From the human T2T-CHM13v2.0 reference genome, Homo sapiens, in NCBI RefSeq assembly GCF_009914755.1, contig NC_060930.1: DNA of 64,000 nt; one strand, written 5' to 3'. This document shows, one piece after another, positions 14,381 to 30,543 of the stretch (position 1 is its first letter; each line of letters starts with the position of its first letter). The position numbers were made by a program, and so were the translations under genes. The notes below the pieces were generated by a model. It searched no databases and was not told the DNA's origin. It saw only the letters and a program-made list of their open reading frames with translations.

Positions 14381-14978
14381 TGTGGCAGACATGCTAAATT
14401 GATATTCAAAACCTACTACAGCTTTCTTTAGTGCAACTTTTAGTACTGCAAAGGCTAGAAAATCTACAAATTATATTTTCCCAACACTTTTGCATCTAGG
14501 GATCTGGATGTGAGTTATAATTCACCAATTAGATGTACTTACATAATATTTAGATGGTGGAAGTAAGGAGGAGGTCATTTTACTTCTGTTTTGGCTGTTG
14601 CTATGAGCAAACACATTCACAGAAAAATATGCTGGGTTTTTATGAAGCAGAATTCCAGGATTCAGTGGCCAGCTGTATGAGTGTTTAGTAGCAGTTGTGG
14701 GAGCTTTCTGATCCCTGTATTGCAGCTACAGAAATGTTTACAAGTTTAGAAGCCTTCAAGTGGTAACCAGCTGATTCTCCCCCTTCCTGATTATGACACC
14801 ACTACTAGCTCCTTTTCTTGGCCAGTTAGTAGTGTTGTTTAGGAAGTTTTTATTTAGAAGGCTAGCAGAAAGCCTACTCTTCCAGACCTTCCAAAGATAA
14901 TCCTGAATTCAATCCTTTTCTGGTTTAACATAGTTGCAATGCTTTTTTGTTTCTTGCAACTGAATCCTGACTGATATG
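14381..14978 (+). mobile_element. LTR33-like ERVL solo LTR
   Basis: Starts tgtggcag; 'gtactgcaaaggctagaaa...tttccca...gcatctaggg...ccaattagatg'; ends 'gcaactgaatcctgactgata'. Confidence 0.75.
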
Positions 14979-16429
14979 CTTCTCAGATGTTTGTAGAAGT
15001 TGGTTTTGTTGTTGTTATTACTAATTTTGTACAATCTGAGAATAGTGGACTTCATTATCTTATGGTTTTAGATAGGGTCTCGTTAATACTAATATCTCAG
15101 CTGAACCAACCTCACAATGCATGATCACAAGTGTTATAATTTTTCACAGATTTCCTATCTCCCAAGTACTTCCAGAATTCTTCAGTGTGTTTATGTGCTT
15201 GAATGAAGCATTGTTTGTCTGGATTAGCAGAGGCAATAATTCTCAGCCCTAGGACTCATTTGTGTCACAGAGATGTCACTCTGAGCTAGAACTCCATTTA
15301 TAGTACTCAAGGCATTCCAGTTGCCATTTCCTAGGTGCTGAGGAAAATTAACAAAATAAATACATAAACTATTTTTGCCTTGATGACTTTGACCTAAAAT
15401 GTGTTGATCTTACAATGCTGCAAATCTACTGCAACACAATGCCGTGATTTGAAATCTCACTATATCGTAACAATACAGCTAGGACTCAACCATGCCTTGT
15501 TACTAGAAATCCATGTTCTAATTCTTACAAAGTAGATTATGCTAAAACAGAGAGGGATGTGTTTGAGCAGAAGTGTTAGAAAATTCTATGATATGTCTCT
15601 TACAACTCACTGCTAGGTGCACACACAACTCCTGGTTGACTAGCTTGGATGATTTCTGGTAATGACCTCCACAGGAAACTGGGAAGTATCCTCCAATGTT
15701 ATAGAGTGAGGTTAATCATGCAAAATATCCATTGGCCACTACTATATCTGCTTTCTTCCAACAGTCATCTGAACATGATTATAGAAAGGATTCCTGTACC
15801 TCTTTATCTTCACAAACCCTAGAAGTACTTTAACTTCCATACAAATATATGTTAGGAAAAAAAGACACATGAAAACATGCAGCCTATCTTAACCCACTGG
15901 TAGATTTTAAGTCTCAGCTTCAGTCTAAGTAGAATACATACTTCCAATTTTCTTCTAACACTATTTTTCATAATAATTTTATTTGAACCATAGCTAAAAA
16001 AATTTATCTGATTTTGCTTCTTTTCTGTTTTTGTTTCTATCCAAGAAATGAAAGTTATTCAAAACATTGGATATTTATTTTGTTTTCCATATTCATTATC
16101 CTCCCTATTATTTTAAAATCATTTCTCTTTCATTTTTCTCCTGAGAACACTTTTAAAATATGTCTTCCATCTCACTTATTTCTTTTTCCACACAGTTTTG
16201 TTCTTTAGCTTTTCCATTGTGAACTTTAATTCTACCATGACAATCTTAGTTTCTTAGGATTACTTATGTCAACTATGTACTTTTCATTTCATCCAGTTGC
16301 CTTTTCAGCTCAGTTTACTTTTTCTTTTTAAACAGTATCAAGCCTTTGTATTATAAAAACTGAAACTTTCTTCATGCTACTAACAAACTTTTACTTGATC
16401 CTAAAGGGAGGTTGGATTACAATACCAAT

Positions 16430-17185
16430 CCGGTACTTTGTTTTACCTTCACAATAAATGGAGTTAGATGTTCTAAAATAATTAGATTTTTCAGGAAGTA
16501 GTACAAGTACAAACTTATATTAAACTCTAATCATTCAATGTGGAATAGTATAATATTTAGAGTAGCCAACAAAAGAAGAGCAAGGAATACATAAATAACA
16601 GGATAATAAGGAACAATATATGGAATGATAAAAGATATTTGATCAATCCAAAAGAGGACAGGAAAAAAAAGATAACATGTATTAGGTGTGACACTGATTA
16701 AAAAAATAGTAATGTTACAAATGTTAAATGTATCGACAATAACATTAAACTAAAAGAAGGCTAATATTCATAAGTAAGAAACTAAAATAATAATTATATG
16801 GACCTCATAAGAGAGACAACTTAAATATGAGAACATAGAATGATAGAAAGTAAAAGAGTGGAAAAAGAAACATCTAAAGACTAATTGAAAGATAGCTGGT
16901 ATAGGTATACTAAAGCATACACAGTCGTGTTTAAAATATGAGGCATTATTAGAAAAAGGGAGCCATTTATAATGATAGAAGGCTCCACACAACAGAAAGA
17001 TGTAATGATTCTCAATATGTATGTGCCATATATCATAGCCTCAACAGATACTTTAAAAGAAGATATATTAGACTACTTTACATTGAATAACCACAATTCT
17101 TCAAAAGAAAACATTAAGATAGTAAAAAGATAAGCCAGAGTGGGAAAATATATTTAAAATATATACATCTGACAAAAGACTCAGA
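16430..17185 (+). mobile_element. Old L1M fragment (inter-ORF/EN region joined to ORF2 3' piece)
   Basis: 'ccatttataatgatagaagg...aatatgtatgtgcc' is EN-like, then 'atatacatctgacaaaagact' is ORF2 3'-like. Confidence 0.6.
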
Positions 17186-17511
17186 CATACACACACATAA
17201 ATACACTCACATTTTGTTTTGTAAACAAAGGAAACTAACTCTTTAAATTATCTGAAGCAAAATGAGACTTTATATAATTGTAGCCAAGGGGCTCTCTTTT
17301 ATCACTTTTCTCTCCTTTGCTGCTATTTATTGGAGACTGATTTTTTTCATGAGTCTAAAAACAGGTATCAGCATGTCCCACATTTCACATGTCTTTCATC
17401 ACAAAGATATCCAAATCTTTTTTTCTAGATGCAGTTTTTCAAATCCTAAGAAAGGACTGGGATAGATGTAGATTAGGTTATATTTCAACCTCTGGACCAA
17501 CCTATAGCTGA

Positions 17512-18045
17512 TTACTGAATACTCAGTATCTGTACTGAAGCTGCAGATTCACACACTAGAATTAGATCACTGAAATAAAGAGCAGTTTTCTGAGCGGCGG
17601 TTCCAAGATGGCCGAATAGGAACAGCTCCAGTCTACAGCTCCCAACGTGAGCAACGCAGAAGACAGATGATTTCTGCATTTCCAACTGAGGTACCGGGTT
17701 CATCTCACTGGGGACTGTCAGACAGTAGGTGCAGGATAGTGGGTGCAGCACACCGAGCATGAGCAGAAGCAGGGTGAGGCATCGCTGCACATGGGAAGTG
17801 CCAGGGGTCAGGGAATTCCCTTTTCTAGCCAAGGAAAGGAGTGACAGAGGGCACCTGGAAAATCGGGTCATTCCCACCCTAATACTGCGCTTTTCCGACA
17901 GTCTTAGCAAACAGCACACCAGGAGATTATATCCTGCGACTGGCTCGGAGGGTCCTACGCCCACAGAGCCTCACTCATTGCTAGCACAGCAGTCTGAGAT
18001 CAAACTGCAAGGTGGCAGCGAGTCTGGGGGAGGGTTGCCTGCCAT
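17512..18045 (-). pseudogene. L1 ORF0 (antisense), nonsense at codon 25
   Basis: ATG at 18045 gives MAGNPPPDSLPPCSLISDCCASNE*, then in-frame GSVGVGPSEP..., homologous to primate L1 ORF0. Confidence 0.8.
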
Positions 18046-18619
18046 TGCTCAGGCTTGAGTAGGTAAACAAAGCGGCCTGGAAGCTCGAACTGGGTGGAAC
18101 CCACCACAGCTCAAGGAGGCCTGCCTGCCTCTGTAGACTCCACCTCTGGGGGCAGGGCACAGCCAAACAAAAGGCAGCAGAAACCTCTGCAGACTTAAAT
18201 GTCCCTGTCTGACAGATTAAAGACACTAGTGGTTCTCCCAGCACACAGCTTGAGATGTGAGAATGGACAGACTGCCTCCTCAAGTGGGTCCCTGACGCCC
18301 GAGTAGCCTAACTGAGAGGCACCCCCCAGTAGGGGCAGACTGACACCTCAAACGGTCAGGTACCCCTCTGAGACAAAACTTCCAGAGGAACAATCAGGCA
18401 GCAACATTTGCCTTTCACCAATATTCGCTGTTCTGCAGCCTCCGCTGCTAATACCCAGGCAAACAGGGTCTGGCGTGGCCCTCCAGCAAACTCCAACAGA
18501 CCTGCAGCTGAGGGTCCTGACTGTTAGAAGGAAAACTAACAAACAGAAAGGGCATCCACACCAAAACCCCATCTGTATGTCACCATCATCAAAGACCAAA
18601 GGTAGATAAAATCACAAAG
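17591..18619 (+). promoter_or_regulatory. L1 5' UTR internal sense/antisense promoter region
   Basis: YY1-type site (caagatggcc) near the 5' end; the most CpG-rich segment of the window apart from Alus; many CpGs decayed. Confidence 0.8.
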
Positions 18620-19633
18620 ATGGGAAAAAAAACAGAGCAGAAAAACTGAAAATTCTAAAAATCAGAGCTCCTCTCCTCCTCCAAAGGAATGCATCTCCTC
18701 ACCAGCAATGGAATGAAGCTGGACGGAGAATGACTTTGACGAGTTGAGAGAAGAAGGCTTCAGACGATCAGATTTCTCTGAGCTAAAGGAGGAAGTTCGA
18801 ACCCATGGCAAAGAAGTTAAAAACCTTGAAAAAAGATTAGACGAATGGCTAACTAGAATAACCAATGCAGAGAAGTCCTTAAAGGACCTGATGGAGCTGA
18901 AAACCACAGCATGAGAACTACCTGACAAGTGCACAAGCCTCAGTAGCCAATTTGATCAACTGGAAGAAAGGGTATCAGTGATGGAAGATAAAATGAATAA
19001 AATGAAGTGAGAAGAGAAGTTTAGAGAAAAAAGAATAAAAGAAATGAACAAAGCCTCCAAGAAATATGGGACTATGTGAAAAGACCAAATCTACGTCTGA
19101 TTTGTGTACCTGAAAGTGATGGGGAGAATGGAACCAAGTTGGAAAACACTGCAGGATATTATGCAGGAGAACTTCCCCAACCTAGCAAGGCAGGCCAACA
19201 TTCAAATTCAGGAAATACAGAGAATGCCACAAAGACACTCCTCGAGAAGAGCAACTCCAAGACACATAATTGTCAGATTCACCAAAGTTGAAATGAAGGA
19301 AAAAATGGTAAGGGCAGCCAGAGAGAAAGGTCGGGTTACCCACAAAGGGAAGCACATCAGACTAACAGCTGATCTCTCGGCAGAAACTCTACAAGCCAGA
19401 AGAGAGTGGGGGCCGATATTCAACATTCTTAAAGAAAAGAATTTTCAACCCAGAATTTCATATCCAGCCAAACTAAGTTCATAAGTGAAGGAGAAATAAA
19501 ATACTTTACAGACAAGCAAATGCTGAGAGATTTTGTCACCACCAGGCCTGCCCTAAAAGATCTCCTGAAGGAAGCACTAAACATGGAAAGGAACAACTGA
19601 TACCAGCCACTGCAAAATCCTGCCAAAACGTAA
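18620..19633 (+). pseudogene. L1 ORF1 (RNA-binding protein), disrupted
   Basis: ATG at 18620 followed by a +1 A-run frameshift and several stops; fragment LQDIMQENFPNLARQ...RISYPAKLS. Confidence 0.92.
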
Positions 19634-19696
19634 AGACCATCGAGATTGGGAAGAAACTGCATCAACTAACGAGCAAAATAACCAGCTAACATCATA

Positions 19697-23518
<3,822 letters not shown>

Positions 23519-23787
23519 ACAATGAGAACACTTGGACACAGAAAGGGGAACACCACACTCCAGGGTCTATTGTGGGGTGGGAGGAGAGGGGAGGGACAGC
23601 ATTAGGAGATATACCTAATGTAAATGACGAGTTAATGGGTGCAGCACACCAACATGGCACATGTATATATATGTAACAAACCTGCACATTGTGCACATGT
23701 ACCCTGAAACTTAAAGTATAACTACAAAAAAAGAAAGAGCAGTTTTCCATAAGAACATTGTGCTTCCAGACCAAAAGAAAAGTGTAC

Positions 23788-24245
23788 TGTTATAGGTTGA
23801 ATTGCACCACCCATCAGAAAAAGGGATGTTGAAGTTCTAACCCACAGTACCTCAGAATGTGATGCTATATGAAAATATGATTGTGTTGAATGTAATTAGT
23901 TCAAATGAGGTCATACTGGAGTAGTGTGGGCCCATAATCAAATATGACTGATGTCCTTATAACAAAACAACCATGTGAAGACAGAAAGACACACAAACAG
24001 AAAGCCATGATGAATGCGGAGATTGGAGCTAAGCAGCTGTAAGCCAGTGATCACTAAATATTGCTGACAGACACCAAAAGCTAGGAATAGTCAAGGAAGG
24101 ATCCTTGGTTCAAAGGGAGCATGGCTCTGCTGACACCTTGATTTTACACTTCTATCCCCCAGACTGTGAGACAATAAAGTCCTGTTGTTCTAAGCCACAC
24201 CCAATTTGTGGTACTTTGTTATGGCAATCTTAGGAAACTAATACA
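23788..24245 (+). mobile_element. MLT1C-like MaLR solo LTR
   Basis: tgttataggttgaattg...gaggtcatactggagtag...ggaaactaataca. Confidence 0.85.
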
Positions 24246-24722
24246 GGTGCTGAATGGAGAAATTTGTAAATTTCCACTTTACTGATATCTGGAGAACAGA
24301 GTTGTATGGGAGGAGCACAGAAAGGCAAGTGAACCCAGCTCATCATTTCCAAATGATTTATTATTTGGGTGTGATATTTTATATGTGTTTAGAATTCTAC
24401 ACAATGGCTAGAAACCACTTGGTGTGTTTTGGACATTTCAAGGAACCAAGATGAATGACTGAGGAATGTCAATATAGACCCTTTTAATTAAAACATAATG
24501 GCTAAATTGTACTGAAGGATTCTCAATCATTTTCTGTTTCAAATATTCACTCTCATTTCAGTAACTCCCAGGATCTGCTCTTGTTATAGATGTAATCAAA
24601 AAATGATTTAAACATTTACGTAGCATTTTTATGTGCAGAATTAACTTCTACATTAAAAATTTCCTTTTTAGGCTTAGCAAACAATTCTATAAAATGTACA
24701 CGCTTTATAAAACATATCCCCC

Positions 24723-26009
24723 TATATTAGTCTGTTCTCAAACTGCTAATAAAGACATACCTGAGACTGGGTAATTTATAAAGGAAAGAAGTTTAATTGA
24801 TTCACAGTTCCACATGCCTGAGGAGACCTCAAAATCATGGCAGAAGGTGAATTAGGAGAAAAGTCATATCTTACATGGCAGCAGGCAAAGAGCTTGTGCA
24901 GGGGAACTCCCACTGATAAAGCCATCAGTCTCATGAGACTTTTTCACTAACACAAGAACAGTATGGGGGAAACCACCCCCATGATTTAAATACTTCCACC
25001 TGGTCCCATCATTGACATGTGGGAATTATTACAATTCAAGGTGAGATTTGGGTGGGGACGCAGCCAAACCATATCATTCCACCACTGGCCCCTCCCAAAC
25101 CTCACATCCTCACATTTCAAAACCAATTATGCCTTCCCAACAGCTGCCCAAAGTTTTAACTCATTTAGGCATTAATTCAAAAGTCCACAGTCTGAAGTCT
25201 CATCTGAGACAAGGCAAGTCCCTTACGCCTATGAGCCTGTAAAATCAAAAGCAAATTAGTTACCTCTTGAATACTTTGCTGCTTAGAAATTTCTTCCAAC
25301 AGATACCCTAAATCATCTCTCTCACGTTCAAAAGTTCCACAAATATCCAGGGCAGGGAAAAAATGCCACCAGTCTCTTTGCTAAAACATAGCAAGGGCCA
25401 CCTTTACTCCAGTTCCTAACAAGTCCCCCATCTCCATCTGAGACCACCTCAGCCTGGACTTCATTGTCCATATCACTATCAGCACATTGGTCAAAACCAT
25501 TCAACAGGTCTCTAGGAAGTTCCAAACTTTCCCACATCTTCCTGTCTTCTGAGCCCTCCAAACTGTTCCAACCTCTGCCTGTTACCCAGTTCCAAAGTTG
25601 CTTCCACATTTTTGGGTATCTTTAGAGCAGCAGCCCACTCTACCAATAACAATTTACTGTGTTAGTCTGTTCTCACGCTGCTAATAAAGACACATCCAAG
25701 ACTGGGCAATTTATAAAGGAAAGAGGTTTAATTGACCTACTGTTCCACATGGCTGGGAGGCCTCACCATCGTGGCAGAAGGAGAATATGAAGAAAAGTCA
25801 CATCTTAATGGCGGCAGGCAAAGAGCTTGTGCATGGACACTCCCATTTATAAAACCATCAGATCTCGTGAGACTCATCCACTACCACAAGAACAGTATGG
25901 GGGAAACTGCCTTCATGATTCAATTATCTCCACCTGGCCCTGCCCTTCACATGTGGGGATTATTATAATTCAAGTGAGATTTGGGTGGAGTCACAGCCAA
26001 ACCATATCA
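24723..26009 (-). mobile_element. THE1 (THE1C-like) MaLR element: LTR - deleted internal region - LTR
   Basis: LTRs at 24723-25076 and 25658-26009; 581-bp internal region; polypurine tract next to the left (3') LTR; TSD CCCCC on both sides. Confidence 0.95.
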
Positions 26010-26291
26010 CCCCCTTACCAGCTTTCTCTAGTTTCAGAAAGGATCATCACTACTTCATTGTTCTACTTCAAGAATAGTGAAAGGAATTTTTGAATGACAT
26101 GTTGTCTGACTAGTTGCATGTTAGGTCAACTTGGTAATAAAAGTATCCTCTAGGGATTAAAATACCATTGTTAATTATTCATTCCTTCAGGTGATGGCAT
26201 GAGAAATATCATTTTTTTTTACTATTTCTTTTGGCCACTCAAAGGCTTTCTTTATTACACATTTAAAACATATGATAAAATGCCATCTACT

Positions 26292-26926
26292 GTTGTTTTT
26301 TTTATTATACTTTAAGTTCTGAGATACATGTGCAGAACGTGCAAGTTTGTTACATAGGTATACACGTGCCATGGTGGTTTGTGGCACCCATCAACCCGTC
26401 ATCTACATTAGGTATTTCTCCTAATGCTATCCCTTCCCTAGCCCCCACCTCCCAACGGGCCCTGGTGTGTGATGTTCCCCTCCCTGTGTCCATGTGTTTT
26501 CATTGTTCAACTCCCACTTATGGGTGAGAAAATGTTTGGTTTTCTGTTCCTGTGTTAGTTTGCTGAGAATGATGGTTTCCAGCTTCATCCATGTCCCTTC
26601 AAAGGACATGAACTCATCCTTCTTTATCGTTGCATAGTATTCTATGGTGTATATGTGCCATATTTTCTTAATCCAGTCTGTCATTGATGGGCATTTGGGT
26701 TGGTTCCAAGTCTTTGCTATTGTGAATAGTGCTGCAATAAACATGTGTGCATGTATCTTTATAGTAGAATGATTTATAATCCTTTGGGTATATACCCAGT
26801 AATGGGATTGCTGGGTCAAACGATATTTCTGGTTCTAGATCCTTGAGAAATCACCACACTGTCTTCCACAATGGTTGAACTAATTTACACTCCCAACAGT
26901 GTAAAAGCGTTCCTATCGCTCCACAT
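26292..26926 (-). mobile_element. 5'-truncated L1PA7-like 3' end
   Basis: 'ttattatactttaagttctg...cccatcaacccgtcatctacattagg'; possible TSD ccatctact / ccatcaact. Confidence 0.9.
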
Positions 26927-27094
26927 GAGAACCATCAACTTTTTAAATGGTGATGTTATCTGGAAGAGCCACATGTCAGCCAAGTTTGTCATTACAACTT
27001 CCAGGTTGAATTGGGAGAAGTAGCTGGTTTACTTGTATGCTTATTTAACTTGTATTTCTCCTTATTCCAGATGAGACTTTAAATGATTGAGGTG

Positions 27095-27255
27095 TGTCTA
27101 GTTTATCTATACCACTAATTAACTGCACAAACTTTGGCTAAAACTCAGTTTCCTCATCTTCAAATTGGGGAAAATAAACTCTCATCAGATAAGTGTTTAA
27201 GATTGAATGGAAAAAAAATCTGTGGAAGTTAATTGTACAAAGAACAGTACCTGAA
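27095..27255 (+). mobile_element. MIR SINE
   Basis: 'ctcagtttcctcatcttcaaattgggg' MIR core. Confidence 0.65.
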
Positions 27256-27382
27256 TTCATATCTGTGTTATCTGTCATTAGTTTGGGTTAGGGTCCTAAA
27301 GAAATGAGACCTGCATGTGCTTTTGGAAAGGGAGCTGGGGTGAGATACTGGGTACTGTTCAGCTTTTTGGCATTTTGGCCAA

Positions 27383-28445
<1,063 letters not shown>

Positions 28446-29127
28446 AAAACAAAGTTTATGTGCTTCACACTTAGATGCTGTTAGACACTGCCACTGAGAC
28501 TTTCCATAGAACCTCAGGGTAATATGTGCAGAAGCACTTTTGTTTATTAAATTTACCTTCTAATCTTGTCCCAAAAGGGATTTAATTTTGCTGGGTAGTA
28601 AGGCCTGGGTATCAGTCCCATAGTGGCAAGTAAACCGTGTAAAGTCTCAAAGCTGGTGCTGGAGTCCAGCTATGCTCATGTTATGCTCCACCAGATGGCC
28701 TCCAGGGCAATGGCACTGGGGAAAACCATGAGCACCCTTTTGTTTTCTCCTTGTTTTGCAGACTGTCTGCCTGAAGGCCTGTATGTGTTTAACATATAAC
28801 TTCTCTGACTTCAGAAATTTGTTAAGGGTTTCATTCTCCTAATTTAAGCCTAGAATATATCTTTCCCAAGAAGAAATCCTCTTCATTACTTCAGGCACAA
28901 AAGGAATTTGTGAACAGCTTTAGACATTTCAGTTCAGATAACAACCCTTGTTCTTTCCTACTGCAGAATGTTTGCTCTTTCATATGCTCAACTTTCAATC
29001 CTATTTGCTCTAGTTCATTTTATTTATCTTTAATAATAGCTTATCATTTAATCTTTTATTGTTTGTAAACTTAGCAATCTAAGAAATATGGTTGAATAAA
29101 TGCAATGTACCACAATAGAACTACTGT

Positions 29128-29895
29128 TGTTACAGTAGGTAGGTAGTCTGACATGAGCAGGGCAGCAGAGGGCCCCCACGCACACCAGGAATGTCAGGCA
29201 ACCATCAGGTCATGGTCAGGAGGTTGTTAAACTGCGTCTCTAAAATAATAATTGGCTGCAGCTGGCAACAGGGAACGGCCATCTCCCAATGAATAGAAAC
29301 ACCTGAAACTGGTGGTCAGCAGCTTCCCGATAAGATTTCAGGAGTTGGGTGAGTAGGCTCAAGCATGCACACTAAGAGGCAAAATGGTAGAGTTTAACTG
29401 GTACGTGACCTTCCTCTAGGAACACGTGACTAGTAAAGGAAAAACACCTCAAGTCACTAAGAGGCAAAATGTTGGAATTTCAACACGTCTTGACTAGTAT
29501 GGGAAAAATGTCTCAAGTGAGCATGCCTAAAATTTCAGTAAACACACTGTGCTTGCAGCCCCTCCCAAGTGCAGGTAGGCTGCTGCACGTGTGGATGACC
29601 TGAGCCCAGGGAAGAATCAGGGAAGAAGGGACACAACCCACAGAAAGCATGCCAACGTTTAAAACCCCAAGTCAAAGGTTAACTGGGCACTTGAATCTCT
29701 CAAGTTGCCCCCTTGGCCTTCTTCCAAGGGTACTTTACTTTTGTTCTTCCTCTAAAACTTTAATAAACGTTCATTCCAGCTCTAAAACTGACATACATCT
29801 TTCCCTCTGCCTTATGCCCCTCTGTAAAGTTATTTCTTCTGGGGAGGCAAGAATTGAGGTTTCTGCAGACCTGTACAGATTTGCTGCTGCTAACA
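29128..29895 (+). mobile_element. MER50 ERV1 LTR
   Basis: tgttacagtaggtag...caggaatgtcaggc...aataaa...gaggcaagaattgagg...taaca matches recalled MER50. Confidence 0.88.
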
Positions 29896-30209
29896 TACTT
29901 TGATGATGTGTGACTCCAAGGCAGTGTTCTGGGGGTGGCTAAAAGCTCTTGTCGCATGCTCCACTTTTATCCTTTCCTTAAGAAAGCAGTGCCATCCCCT
30001 AAAGAAACTCTGCAAAGCCAAGAGAACAGAGTTGCCATGTTAGCTCTCTATCATTCGGTCTCTCTAAACAACAACATGTGTAGTCTCTGACCTACATTCA
30101 TTTTTGCCATCAGCAAAATTTTTCTTTTCTTGTGGAAAATTAACTATGTAACTAGCCATACCTGAGGAGACCTAGAAGCTAATCCTTTCATGGGTTTAAT
30201 TTCCTTAAC

Positions 30210-30458
30210 CAACATTTCCCAAAAGATAGTATTGGTAGATGAGATTTGATGTGATACATAAATAGCAGTGGTACATGAGTTATGCATTTATTTTATTTGA
30301 CATTATAAAAATATAATCGCACATCAAATCTGTGATTTGATGGACATTATTCCTTAGGAAGAGTAGAAGAGTATTTTTAGAGAAAAATTGTATAGTTGGC
30401 AACTGGTTATGGCAAACCCATAGAGAGAAAAATCAAATGACAAAGTCTGGGAAACATA
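30210..30458. mobile_element. Ancient hAT-Charlie-like DNA element (MER113-like)
   Basis: TIR-like 'catttccca' / 'tgggaaaca' and 'cacatcaaatctgtgattt...attattccttagga'. Confidence 0.4.
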
Positions 30459-30543
30459 GCTTTCAACAAACGAAAGAGGCACATTAAATTTTTCTAATAA
30501 GTTACTGTAATAACTGATTCTTTGGCTTTCTTAACAAATAAAT

